A program made the translations under genes and the position numbers. From a virus, in the IMG/VR virus record IMGVR_UViG_3300010399_000032: a stretch of 64,000 nucleotides of DNA, one strand, 5' to 3'. The notes below the pieces were generated by a model, which worked only from the letters and a program-made list of their open reading frames with translations, was not told where the DNA came from and searched no databases. The stretch's first letter is position 1. Each line of letters starts with the position of its first letter. Positions 9,972-18,530 of the stretch are shown piece by piece.

Positions 9972-10350
9972 TCAATCCACCTTTATCTAGGCGCTTCTTA
10001 ATGTCGCCAATTTGTTCATCTGATAGGAGCCTGAATGCTTCTTTTGCCTTATCCATTGAATACCCATAATACTCTGAAATAGCGTCTAGATCGTCATTGG
10101 ATTCAAGTTTCTGCCATTTTTGAAATGGTCGCCTCCATGCTCGGACGGTATTTAGTAGGTAATGATTTTGCATTACCCCATCTACATTTGGGCGCATATT
10201 CATCTGGTTGGCATAAAAAATACAGTCTCGGTGATAGGATAACGCGCGGTTGACGATATAAGGCACATAATCCTTCTCATTTTCCGGACCAATGACCACT
10301 TCCTTGGTCTGGAGAATAGCCGGAATAATATCTTTAAATAGTTCGGCCAT
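9928..10350 (-). CDS. gp62: clamp loader small subunit gp62
   Basis: Y.PYIVNRALS, ANQMN, YYGYS..KA.EA; between gp44 and regA. Confidence 0.92.
   Translation of the reverse strand: MAELFKDIIPAILQTKEVVIGPENEKDYVPYIVNRALSYHRDCIFYANQMNMRPNVDGVMQNHYLLNTVRAWRRPFQKWQKLESNDDLDAISEYYGYSMDKAKEAFRLLSDEQIGDIKKRLDKGGLNDKYKSERKRGSTR
10149..10155 (-). promoter_or_regulatory. possible late promoter inside gp62 serving regA
   Basis: CTAAATA on minus strand. Confidence 0.4.
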
Positions 10351-10739
10351 TATTTCCAACTTACCAAAATGTAACATTGTACATCTTTATTCCCAAATTC
10401 TGATTGGGATATAACACTGTGGTCAAATATATTCCATTGGAATTTGTTGTCCGAATCTGCATTAATTCGGTTCATAACATCCCTTATATGATTATAAAAT
10501 TCCTGATTAGACCATTCGGGGGTCTTATCATCCGTATAAAGGACAATTTCTACATCATCTTTACCGGCCCGAGCCGCCATCATTATATTTAATTTAATAT
10601 ATCCTTCGGAAAATACTTCGATATCTTCCTTAACCTTTCTAGAAATGGTTTGTTCCTTTAATTTTCTTTCCCGTTCTTTTTCAGCCTTAGCTTTCTTGGC
10701 ATTAGCGGTTAAAGCTTTCACATCATCAATAAACATCAT
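10350..10739 (-). CDS. hypothetical protein inserted between gp44 and gp62
   Basis: 129-aa ORF overlapping both neighbours. Confidence 0.7.
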   Translation of the reverse strand: MMFIDDVKALTANAKKAKAEKERERKLKEQTISRKVKEDIEVFSEGYIKLNIMMAARAGKDDVEIVLYTDDKTPEWSNQEFYNHIRDVMNRINADSDNKFQWNIFDHSVISQSEFGNKDVQCYILVSWK

Positions 10740-11677
10740 ATAAACTCACAATCTACCATGATTTCGGTTAACATGGCCACAGTATTAATTTCCTGATCAG
10801 CCACAAAAGCCGCTTGGTATTGGTACTTAGAAATGATAACCACGGCCTGTGGTATGCTGGTCGGCTTGACATATTGATATAATGCGTCATAGATCGACCT
10901 GAAAACCCTGGATTGGTCAACATCAGAATTCAGGACAACCCATTTCCTCATTGATGAGAAATCCTTATTCTTAAGGTTCTCAATCAATTCATTGAGGTTT
11001 TTAATCTCTGAAACTTGGGTAAGAGCACCGGAGTTAAGAGGACCAGAAGCCGCCAACCGTTGAAGTTCATTCAAAGCCCGACGATAATCAGGGAAATACC
11101 TGGTTACCAGTTTAACCAATACATCTTCTTGGTACTCAACATTTTCAAGGTTAAGGATTTCCTTGATACGGTCATAAAAAGCTTTGGCCATTTTAGGTTT
11201 GTCCTTAGATTCCAATCGGAATTCAAAGACAGCCATACGAGAAATGATGGCATCGATCAATTTTGACTTAAAGTTGCATGTCAGAATAAACGTGCAATGT
11301 TTGGTAAACTCATCGATCACCCCACGGAAAGAATTCTGGGCCTCAGGAGTTAGACCATCGACCTCATCCAAGATAATAACCTTGCGCCCACCAGCCTTTA
11401 AGGACATGGATGATGCATAAGAAGAAATCTTGGTTCGGAAGGTATCAACACCACGTTCCTTAGATGCATTGATCTTGATATAACTTAGACCAATTTCATC
11501 ACACATGGCTAGAGCCGCCGTGGTCTTACCTGACCCCGGCGGTCCTGAGAATAGGATATTCGGTATCTGTTTATTTGTTACATATGACTGGAAGGCCGAT
11601 TTCAAGCCAGGAGGTAATATACACTCCTCAACAGTATGAGGTCGGTATTTCTCAGCCCAAAGGAATTCTTCATTCAT
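10736..11677 (-). CDS. gp44: clamp loader large subunit gp44
   Basis: LWAEKYRP, GPPGSGKT, ILDEVD, FILTCN, FPDYRR. Confidence 0.97.
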   Translation of the reverse strand: MNEEFLWAEKYRPHTVEECILPPGLKSAFQSYVTNKQIPNILFSGPPGSGKTTAALAMCDEIGLSYIKINASKERGVDTFRTKISSYASSMSLKAGGRKVIILDEVDGLTPEAQNSFRGVIDEFTKHCTFILTCNFKSKLIDAIISRMAVFEFRLESKDKPKMAKAFYDRIKEILNLENVEYQEDVLVKLVTRYFPDYRRALNELQRLAASGPLNSGALTQVSEIKNLNELIENLKNKDFSSMRKWVVLNSDVDQSRVFRSIYDALYQYVKPTSIPQAVVIISKYQYQAAFVADQEINTVAMLTEIMVDCEFI

Positions 11678-11957
11678 GTTTCACCACAGTATCATAAAAT
11701 TCTTCAAATGTCTCAGAGGCTTCTTTTTCCTCTTGGAAACTGTTTTTATGATATACCTTGGCGATACGTCTGACAAGCTTTTTCTCTACACCCAATTCAT
11801 TGAATAGGTCTTCAAGTATTTGCTTTTGTGCATCGCGTTCGGCTTCCACTCTCAGGAAACTATCCGATAGACTCTGGATACCATCCATTAATTCCTTACG
11901 GGCTTCGTCCGTAAGGTTACTTGGATCAATCGTATGATTGGTGTTTTGCTGGTTCAT
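11670..11957 (-). CDS. DsbA/GapR-like dsDNA-binding protein
   Basis: helical 95 aa: S..RVEAERD..K.I.....ELGVEKKLVRRIAKVYHK..F.EE. Confidence 0.7.
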   Translation of the reverse strand: MNQQNTNHTIDPSNLTDEARKELMDGIQSLSDSFLRVEAERDAQKQILEDLFNELGVEKKLVRRIAKVYHKNSFQEEKEASETFEEFYDTVVKHE

Positions 11958-11970
11958 AATTTCCTACCTA

Positions 11971-12429
11971 TTAAAATCGGTTCAGAAAGGTACCTAAATC
12001 CATTTCCTTCATAAATGTCTTAATGAAATCTTTGGCTTCTTCACCACGAAGTTCAACGACCTTGACTTTATCCTTATCAACTTCCTGAGTTGCCTCAGTA
12101 GTTTTAACTACGGTCGCTCCAACTTGACCACCTAAACCCAAGGTATCATATGTTCCAGCCGAAACATCACTGGTCTTCGGGAAGTTAATTTCCTGATCTT
12201 CAACCAGTTCCCAATCCCAAGTTAATAGATCAGCCTGTGAAGCAAGCCAAGGTACCAAATCCCCCTGTGCTGTTTGCATATAGATATATGGCAGGCTCAT
12301 CTTCGAATAAGCATCAGGTCTCTGGATGGCAATCCACATCCCTTTACCATTCCAATTCCTGCGGCGAACCTTGTACCCATCTTCAAGTTGGTCCAATGCC
12401 CATCCAAAATCTTGTTTAAATAGTGTCAT
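11971..12429 (-). CDS. DUF2829 / Tad2-like anti-defence sponge protein with C-terminal extension
   Basis: FGWAL..L..G.KV.R..WNGKGMWI...PYIYM.TAQG.LVPWLASQ.DLL..DW. Confidence 0.85.
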   Translation of the reverse strand: MTLFKQDFGWALDQLEDGYKVRRRNWNGKGMWIAIQRPDAYSKMSLPYIYMQTAQGDLVPWLASQADLLTWDWELVEDQEINFPKTSDVSAGTYDTLGLGGQVGATVVKTTEATQEVDKDKVKVVELRGEEAKDFIKTFMKEMDLGTFLNRF

Positions 12430-12443
12430 AATATATTCCTTTC

Positions 12444-13094
12444 TTACGCGGCGGCCGCCGGATCAGAGGCCTTACCCTTTTCGGATGAATTTTCATCTGA
12501 ACCAGCTTTAATCTTATCTTGTTCCGAGAATCCCATAACTATACCACGAGTAGCATAATCGGCAGAACTTTGAGCCAAGGAGAACATAGTTTCCCGTAGA
12601 TTTCTCTGAGTGCTATTCAGCCACTTATCTGCACCCAGACCATAATCCTTTGCCACATCACCAACCTTGTCAAAATTAGCTCCCAGGAAGATAACTTCCC
12701 AGGCCTTACTCTTGAATTTTTCTACAAGGGTTTTAACCTCATGTTTGTTATATTTCTGGGATGCATTTTCAATTCCGTCGGTCATGACCACGAAAATTGC
12801 CCGGTCCGGATTATCATCCAAAGCCGTCTGCATCATTCGAGCAGATGCATCATAAAGTGGAGTAGTTCCACGCGGTGTTACTTCCTCCAAATTGATATTC
12901 TTCCAATCATCCGTCTTACAATTCCGAATGACCTGATAATCAAATTCATTATTGGCCATATCAAAAATGGCCAATCTGATTTTGGTGTTATGTGGAAGCC
13001 TCTCCGCATAAGCATTAATTGATCCGATGGCTTCTTTTATGAGCCCATTATCATTCATGGATCCAGATCGGTCCAAAAGCATATATACATTCAT
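12444..13094 (-). CDS. stand-alone vWA domain protein
   Basis: DRSGSM MIDAS, GTTPLYDA, MTDGIENAS, WEVIFLGAN. Confidence 0.9.
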   Translation of the reverse strand: MNVYMLLDRSGSMNDNGLIKEAIGSINAYAERLPHNTKIRLAIFDMANNEFDYQVIRNCKTDDWKNINLEEVTPRGTTPLYDASARMMQTALDDNPDRAIFVVMTDGIENASQKYNKHEVKTLVEKFKSKAWEVIFLGANFDKVGDVAKDYGLGADKWLNSTQRNLRETMFSLAQSSADYATRGIVMGFSEQDKIKAGSDENSSEKGKASDPAAAA

Positions 13095-13750
13095 TTCGTT
13101 TCTTCCTCTAAAGCTATAAAATATCTAAGTGTTTTATCCGTATTTTCGAATGTAGCATAACCCTGCAATGAAATCTTAACATCATAATCAGCCGGAGCCA
13201 ATCTAATGTTATTCATCTTGAAAACAGCTTGGAAATCCTTACCATTATAATTCTCGATAATATATTCCGCTGCATTCGAAAGATCATTTGTCGGATCATA
13301 GACCTTCAATACCAAATTACCCTCCTTACCAATTACGGTAAGATGGGTAAATGTATTAAGATTACCAAGTTTGGTTAATTGTTGGAAAATACTCTGAGTA
13401 AGAGTAAATTCAGCATCAGGAAGGTCAATTGTATTCACCTCATCTGACTTAGTGTGCACAATTGCAGGGTTGCAATAGCCATACTTAAGCTGGAGATTTT
13501 TATCCTTCATGGTTAGATAAGAATCCTGGAAAGTTAGATCAGGATCATTGAATGATGAATAGTTGGCCAAGAATTGGGGCAGATCATAGATAGCAAAAGC
13601 CTTAGGAAAACTATCCTTGAGTACGGCTTGACAGTAAATAAAGTCTTCCGGATGGATGGTTTCCTGTTCATTTCCTTCCTTGATTATCAAGGAATCGTTG
13701 ATGGTTGCAAAATTCTTTAGTACAGCTACAGTTGATTCATGTAATTTCAT
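13091..13750 (-). CDS. gp45: sliding clamp gp45
   Basis: MKL...T..VLKNFATIN.S, FAIYDL..FL, Y.IALE. Confidence 0.95.
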   Translation of the reverse strand: MKLHESTVAVLKNFATINDSLIIKEGNEQETIHPEDFIYCQAVLKDSFPKAFAIYDLPQFLANYSSFNDPDLTFQDSYLTMKDKNLQLKYGYCNPAIVHTKSDEVNTIDLPDAEFTLTQSIFQQLTKLGNLNTFTHLTVIGKEGNLVLKVYDPTNDLSNAAEYIIENYNGKDFQAVFKMNNIRLAPADYDVKISLQGYATFENTDKTLRYFIALEEETK

Positions 13751-13782
13751 GTCACATCCTCATATTATTTAAACATTATAGA

Positions 13783-14214
13783 TTATTTCTTTTCGGATGT
13801 CAAGCTTGCTTTGCGCGCTCGGTGATCCTTTACCGCTTTTTCAAGCAAATCTGGATTTTCTTTCAGTAATTCATGTAGATATCCAGAAGCATTGAAAATA
13901 ACCCCACATAACGCCCAAACAATTCCTTCATGGACCTTTTCCTCAAACCCACGGTGGAACGCCCACCAGTCAAAAAAGTGCCGCCAACCCGATTTCATAT
14001 AACTAGACAAAGGAATTCCTTGTTGCCAGTTATCAGACTCTCGGAGACCAGCGGCGGTATGGCGATTTTCATTCATATATGTGCCAAAGGCTTCTACCAC
14101 CAGGGGTGAATAGAAGCCTTCATAATCAATTTTGGTAACGTCTATATTCCTGGTGGCACCTGTTCCAAAATCTCGCATTCCGTTTTTAATTTCTACATTG
14201 GTAGATTTTGCCAT
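13783..14214 (-). CDS. dATP/dGTP diphosphohydrolase-like (DUF5664-like) protein
   Basis: F.TGATR....K.DY, DNWQQGIP...YMKS..RH, ALCGVIFNA. Confidence 0.65.
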   Translation of the reverse strand: MAKSTNVEIKNGMRDFGTGATRNIDVTKIDYEGFYSPLVVEAFGTYMNENRHTAAGLRESDNWQQGIPLSSYMKSGWRHFFDWWAFHRGFEEKVHEGIVWALCGVIFNASGYLHELLKENPDLLEKAVKDHRARKASLTSEKK

Positions 14215-14267
14215 TGTTTAATATCTCCTATAAATCATAAATTTGTCAAAACTATTCGGCTAATGGT

Positions 14268-14456
14268 TTACCTATATTTTCCATTATCAACATCCTCTAA
14301 GTTCCGGGCTATAGCCATACGTATAGGAAAGGTAATAATGGCGGGGCGGCCGCCTGGATTCAGGTCATCCGTTAAAGGTTGCTTATATGCCTCCGCAAAA
14401 AGAGAAACAGATGATCGTAAATTACCCCACAATTTCTTTACAATTTTCCTGTCCAT
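14268..14456 (-). CDS. small hypothetical protein
   Basis: 62-aa ORF overlapping upstream gene end. Confidence 0.45.
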   Translation of the reverse strand: MDRKIVKKLWGNLRSSVSLFAEAYKQPLTDDLNPGGRPAIITFPIRMAIARNLEDVDNGKYR

Positions 14457-15232
14457 CTTGCCACGGCTTCCATATTGCCTTCAAATCCATAGGTACCTAT
14501 GTGAGTGGTTTTCATCCATGGGCAGAGCCAGATAGAACCACCAATTGCTCTCCAATACTGGCAGAACATATAATCTTCCGATAGATAACGATGAGACACT
14601 GGATCAATCACCGTATCAAAATACGCATGAATGGTTCGGCTTCCATCAAAATTCTGTTGCCCAGCATGATCAGGCTTATATTCAAGGTGTGGATACTCCT
14701 CTTTGAATTTAAGGAATACATTCCTCTTGATCAACATAAATCCAGTACCAATCTCCATAACCTCTAAAGGTTCATGCACGGAAAACTTGGTTGTTCCAGG
14801 AACAGGGTTAAACACATAATCACCTGTCACCTTTTGGATTTCCTCCGGAGTAATGTCAGGTTTACTCATTGCTTCCTGTACATTCTTCCAGTTAATTGAC
14901 TTTTTAGGATATGGTCCACCGATAATGTCCTTATCAAGAGCAATGAGGGCTAAAACATCCTGAGGGTCAAATCCTATATCAGAATCAATGAAAAGTAAAT
15001 GGGTAAATTGCTCATTTCTCAAAAATTCATCCACAAGGTAATTACGGGCTCGTGTAATTAAGGATTCATTGAAAAGGAAAGAAAAACGACTTTCGACACC
15101 ATATGCCTGGAAAAGGGTTTGAAGGTCTAAAACCGATTTAGTATAAAGCCCGGCACACTGGCCGCCATACATCGGAGTACATACGAATATCTTGTTTTTA
15201 CGAAGGTCCTCAATATTGATTTTAAGTTCCAT
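14438..15232 (-). CDS. conserved T4-like-phage GT-A fold protein (putative glycosyltransferase)
   Basis: TPMYGG, NESLITRARN, HLLFIDSDIGF, GTGFMLIKR, YLSEDY.FC. Confidence 0.75.
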   Translation of the reverse strand: MELKINIEDLRKNKIFVCTPMYGGQCAGLYTKSVLDLQTLFQAYGVESRFSFLFNESLITRARNYLVDEFLRNEQFTHLLFIDSDIGFDPQDVLALIALDKDIIGGPYPKKSINWKNVQEAMSKPDITPEEIQKVTGDYVFNPVPGTTKFSVHEPLEVMEIGTGFMLIKRNVFLKFKEEYPHLEYKPDHAGQQNFDGSRTIHAYFDTVIDPVSHRYLSEDYMFCQYWRAIGGSIWLCPWMKTTHIGTYGFEGNMEAVARWTGKL

Positions 15233-15316
15233 TATTAATTCACCTATGGTATGGGCGCTCCACGACGCCTTCTCTCTTTATATAGGTGCCCGGGACACCA
15301 TTTATGGAGGTGAACT

Positions 15317-15514
15317 TTATATGTTTATCATATCCAACTTTATACTCTCCCTAACGTTCCAATCACGATTATAAATATGTAAATCGGTTTCATATATTCG
15401 AGATTTTACCGTATGGAAAATTTGAATATTGGGGATTTCTTGCATCCTTTCAATATGACTAAAAATGCCGGAAAACGTATGTTCAATTTTTTTGGAAACT
15501 GGAGTTATTGTCAT
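15317..15514 (-). CDS. small hypothetical protein (array member)
   Basis: ATGA overlap with upstream ORF. Confidence 0.55.
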   Translation of the reverse strand: MTITPVSKKIEHTFSGIFSHIERMQEIPNIQIFHTVKSRIYETDLHIYNRDWNVRESIKLDMINI

Positions 15515-15720
15515 TTTTCAACCATATATTCTTGTACGGAAGGTCTCAACATTCGGCCATCAGTGCTATAAGGTAGTAATGTCCGCCTTCTTTCTGCAAA
15601 ACATCGGGCAATTTCACCTTTTTGTTTGTTAACAGTAATGAAATTATCATAATCATGCTCAAAAATTTCATGTAGTCTATCAACCAAATTTGTGTGTAAT
15701 ACCGAATGTAGGGGCGTCAT
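15511..15720 (-). CDS. small hypothetical protein (array member)
   Basis: GAAGG upstream of ATG; packed. Confidence 0.55.
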   Translation of the reverse strand: MTPLHSVLHTNLVDRLHEIFEHDYDNFITVNKQKGEIARCFAERRRTLLPYSTDGRMLRPSVQEYMVEK

Positions 15721-15889
15721 CTTTACCTTCCTTTAAAATATTGGACATAGACTGTGTTTGCCATATGGTGTGGCGGATATTATCTATGAGAAATTGTGCG
15801 CGCAGAGCGGCTATTCCTATGGGAGAACAAAATGGGAGTTCGGTATTCGCCTTGACACGAATGATCCTATCTAAGTTAATTGGGCGCAA
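15680..15889 (-). CDS. small hypothetical protein (array member)
   Basis: TTG start, overlaps neighbours. Confidence 0.45.
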   Translation of the reverse strand: MRPINLDRIIRVKANTELPFCSPIGIAALRAQFLIDNIRHTIWQTQSMSNILKEGKDDAPTFGITHKFG

Positions 15890-16074
15890 TTATGCAATCC
15901 ATCTTCCAATTCACGCCGTATATTGAAAATAATATCCACTTTGTCGCGGCGGGCCCGGCACGCATTCATATAAGGTTCATTTTTCTGGGAATAATATATG
16001 TAAGTAGGAAATTTTACGCGAAAAAAGCGAGATAATCTTTCCTTCTGTAACTTTCTAAAATTCACTCGTTCCAT
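15871..16074 (-). CDS. small hypothetical protein (array member)
   Basis: ATG 1 nt after upstream stop. Confidence 0.55.
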   Translation of the reverse strand: MERVNFRKLQKERLSRFFRVKFPTYIYYSQKNEPYMNACRARRDKVDIIFNIRRELEDGLHNCAQLT

Positions 16075-16075
16075 T

Positions 16076-16291
16076 TTACACCATTTTTTGCTTAATTTGG
16101 TTTTTAATGTTAATAACCAACCATACTACGGTTGATCGACCTAGACTCTCAGTCCTGGCAGTCCTGGCTCGGTCGAGCTTTACAAGACCCTCGAAGCCGA
16201 GACCGGCCGGCCCACCATCCAATGTTTCTCGTACAGCCATTATTATACCATTGGTATTTTTCTTTAATTGCTCCGGTAAAATCGATTTCAT
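16076..16291 (-). CDS. small hypothetical protein (array member)
   Basis: GGTG RBS, ATGA overlap. Confidence 0.55.
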   Translation of the reverse strand: MKSILPEQLKKNTNGIIMAVRETLDGGPAGLGFEGLVKLDRARTARTESLGRSTVVWLVINIKNQIKQKMV

Positions 16292-16533
16292 ATTTCACCA
16301 CCATATCCATATAGGTGTTTATAATCTGTTGCATCGGAAATTGTGTTATGGAGACCTGAGTTCATTCGTAATATAGGAAGACTTTGGCTATGAAAATAAG
16401 TCGCTATACGAAAAATCTTCCGGTCTTTATCATCAAATTGATCGATCAATTGCCCAATATGATTTCCCGGGAACTTATAAGATTCGGGGAAAGGGAAAAT
16501 ATAAAACAAACGATCAGAAACCTGCTTCATCAT
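16288..16533 (-). CDS. small hypothetical protein (array member)
   Basis: GGAGATA-ATG start at 16533. Confidence 0.6.
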   Translation of the reverse strand: MMKQVSDRLFYIFPFPESYKFPGNHIGQLIDQFDDKDRKIFRIATYFHSQSLPILRMNSGLHNTISDATDYKHLYGYGGEI

Positions 16534-16543
16534 TATCTCCAAT

Positions 16544-16573
16544 AAAAAACCGGAGGCCATAGACCTCCGGTTT
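16544..16573 (-). terminator. intrinsic terminator after DUF6745 gene
   Basis: AAACCGGAGG-N7-CCTCCGGTTT followed by T-run on minus strand. Confidence 0.8.
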
Positions 16574-16606
16574 CGGCTTGTTCCCTAGACGGACGACGGA
16601 ACCAGC

Positions 16607-17491
16607 TTACGAACAGACTTCCTCATTGAACTTCTCGGGATTAAAGCCAAATGATGCAGCGATAACCTCATGAGGAGTACTTCCTGGCATTGCACCAAGA
16701 TGGAACTTACGGCGAGTACCATCTGGTTCTAGAGTGCTATTATTGACCTCGATGATCCGCACCGGCTGGCCAGCAACCTGCATTTCAATGAGCCGGCGTG
16801 GATTACCAGCGCCATCAACGTCCTCGGAAATCACCTTGCTATTACGTTCCGAGAGATAACGGTCAAAACCATAAATCTCCAACATAATACGACGGAGCTC
16901 CGCGTTGGTTTCCTTCTCAATCACATCTGGATTGAGACGGTCCTTGTCGGTGATGATCCAGGTATTCTCATTCGGAATGGTATAACCATGCCAAGAATAG
17001 AGACCATTTCCATCAAAATACTTGATGGCCATACCATTTTCGGCATGGAGGCGACCCGCGGCATCACGGTGGAGTTCCTCAGGGCGCTCGGTGATAATCG
17101 CCAACTCATCATAAGCCCACCACCAACCAGCATTCGCAGCAATGGTCATCATGGGGTGCAACTTCTTGATTTCGGGAATATCAACCGAATCAATCTGGTC
17201 AAAGAAATCATAGAATGAAAGGAAATAGATATCGTGCTGACCATAAATCACGTTATCAAACACACCGCCAATATTCTTGTGAATATAGGCCGCCGCTGCA
17301 AACGGCGAATCAAACCACATAAACTTACCAGGAGGCGGAAGATCAGCCACCTTGTAAGCTTCATTCACGGCTTCCTCAACCAACTTTCGGTCGGAGCGCC
17401 CAGTTGCCAGCCCAATCTTGACCCACTTGTCAACGACCTTGGGCATAAGGGCAATTTCATCATCAGTGAGTTTCGTAAGCTTCTCAGCCAT
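16607..17491 (-). CDS. DUF6745-domain protein
   Basis: YGQHD..FL.FYDFF, GWWW, ERP..LHRD..GRLH...G.AI...DG..LY.WHG, E.NAELRRIMLE.YG, V.NSTLEPDGT.RKF.L. Confidence 0.8.
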   Translation of the reverse strand: MAEKLTKLTDDEIALMPKVVDKWVKIGLATGRSDRKLVEEAVNEAYKVADLPPPGKFMWFDSPFAAAAYIHKNIGGVFDNVIYGQHDIYFLSFYDFFDQIDSVDIPEIKKLHPMMTIAANAGWWWAYDELAIITERPEELHRDAAGRLHAENGMAIKYFDGNGLYSWHGYTIPNENTWIITDKDRLNPDVIEKETNAELRRIMLEIYGFDRYLSERNSKVISEDVDGAGNPRRLIEMQVAGQPVRIIEVNNSTLEPDGTRRKFHLGAMPGSTPHEVIAASFGFNPEKFNEEVCS

Positions 17492-17540
17492 AATATAGAC
17501 TCTTTTCAGTTTCCGTTATGATCTAGAAGTAGTGCAGGAA

Positions 17541-18053
17541 TTAATCCTGCACCACGCGCTCCTCAGCACCGGCGCTTTCAATCTGGCGACCGATGTAGTA
17601 ATTACCAGCCTTGAGGCGGATGGCATCATGCTCCTGGTGACCCAGGACAACACCAACATCACCACCGCCTTCGACGGTAAGCGTACCAATATAAAGATCG
17701 GTACGGGTGATAACCTTGGCCTTCATCAACTGCTCGGTGACGCCAGGGTCCTTAAACATACGGACCACAGCGGCCTTGACATTCTGAGCACCGGCGAGGA
17801 GTTCCTCAACGGCCCGATCAGTCTTAACAGGCTGAGAGGCCTGTACACGGTCCATCACATCGATGGAGTGGTGATGCCCGGTCATTTCACCTTCCAGTAC
17901 AACCAAACGGCCGTCCTTGGGTTCAATTTCACTGACTGGATTCACCTTGATAGTATCTGGAAGGCGGAAAATCAACACGTCACCCTGGCGTGCCACACCC
18001 GTCTTACCATCGTAATCATGAACACTCATAATAGTTTCCTTTGTTTGTTTCAT
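17541..18053 (-). CDS. His-motif protein that usually partners DUF6745
   Basis: RQGDVL, LEGEMTGHHH, HQEHDAI.L..G.Y...RQ.E. Confidence 0.75.
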   Translation of the reverse strand: MKQTKETIMSVHDYDGKTGVARQGDVLIFRLPDTIKVNPVSEIEPKDGRLVVLEGEMTGHHHSIDVMDRVQASQPVKTDRAVEELLAGAQNVKAAVVRMFKDPGVTEQLMKAKVITRTDLYIGTLTVEGGGDVGVVLGHQEHDAIRLKAGNYYIGRQIESAGAEERVVQD

Positions 18054-18071
18054 TCCTTAGTATGGAAGATA

Positions 18072-18110
18072 GTCTAGCAAAATCGGGGGCGTTTGTCTAC
18101 CTCCGATTTT
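18072..18110 (-). promoter_or_regulatory. sigma70-like promoter overlapped by an inverted repeat
   Basis: TAGACA-N17-TAGACT on minus strand, within AAAATCGGAGG...CCCCCGATTTT dyad. Confidence 0.55.
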
Positions 18111-18114
18111 ATAT

Positions 18115-18330
18115 TTAGACGGCTAAACGATAAAAAGCCGTACGGTCACCGTTTACATTACGGTAATTGGTGAAGATATCAAAACCTTCCTGACGGAGGT
18201 CATAAATGCGCTTTGAAATTGCATCCGATGGCACCTTCGTAACTCTGGAAAGACGGCGGCTCGTAATACCGGGGGTCTCAGTGTTATCATATAGTGCGGA
18301 AAGAATGCGGTCAATCTGTGAATTTCTCAT
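18115..18330 (-). CDS. small winged HTH DNA-binding protein
   Basis: IL..L......GIT...L......P...ISKRIYDLR.EG..I......V.G....YRL. Confidence 0.75.
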   Translation of the reverse strand: MRNSQIDRILSALYDNTETPGITSRRLSRVTKVPSDAISKRIYDLRQEGFDIFTNYRNVNGDRTAFYRLAV

Positions 18331-18351
18331 TATTTAATCCTTTATCTGGGG

Positions 18352-18507
18352 CTAGAACCGACCAAAAATTATAATCAGCCCTAGCGCAATAATTACTGAC
18401 CCTATGATTATAGAGATTAGTTTAAGGAATGGCAAGATGAGTATGAAAGCCACCAACATAAACAAGAAAAGGAACATAATCCCCCAGGAAATCTCAATAG
18501 TATCCAT
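18352..18507 (-). CDS. 51-aa hydrophobic membrane protein (not in ORF track)
   Basis: MDTIEISWGIMFLFLFMLVAFILILPFLKLISIIIGSVIIALGLIIIFGRF*, AAGGA RBS. Confidence 0.6.
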   Translation of the reverse strand: MDTIEISWGIMFLFLFMLVAFILILPFLKLISIIIGSVIIALGLIIIFGRF

Positions 18508-18530
18508 GGTTTATCTATTCCTTTTCAGTA

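Noticed and set aside
17532-18077. 181-aa plus-strand ORF antisense to the His-motif gene
   Set aside because: Codon-register shadow of a strongly biased real gene; no motif or RBS
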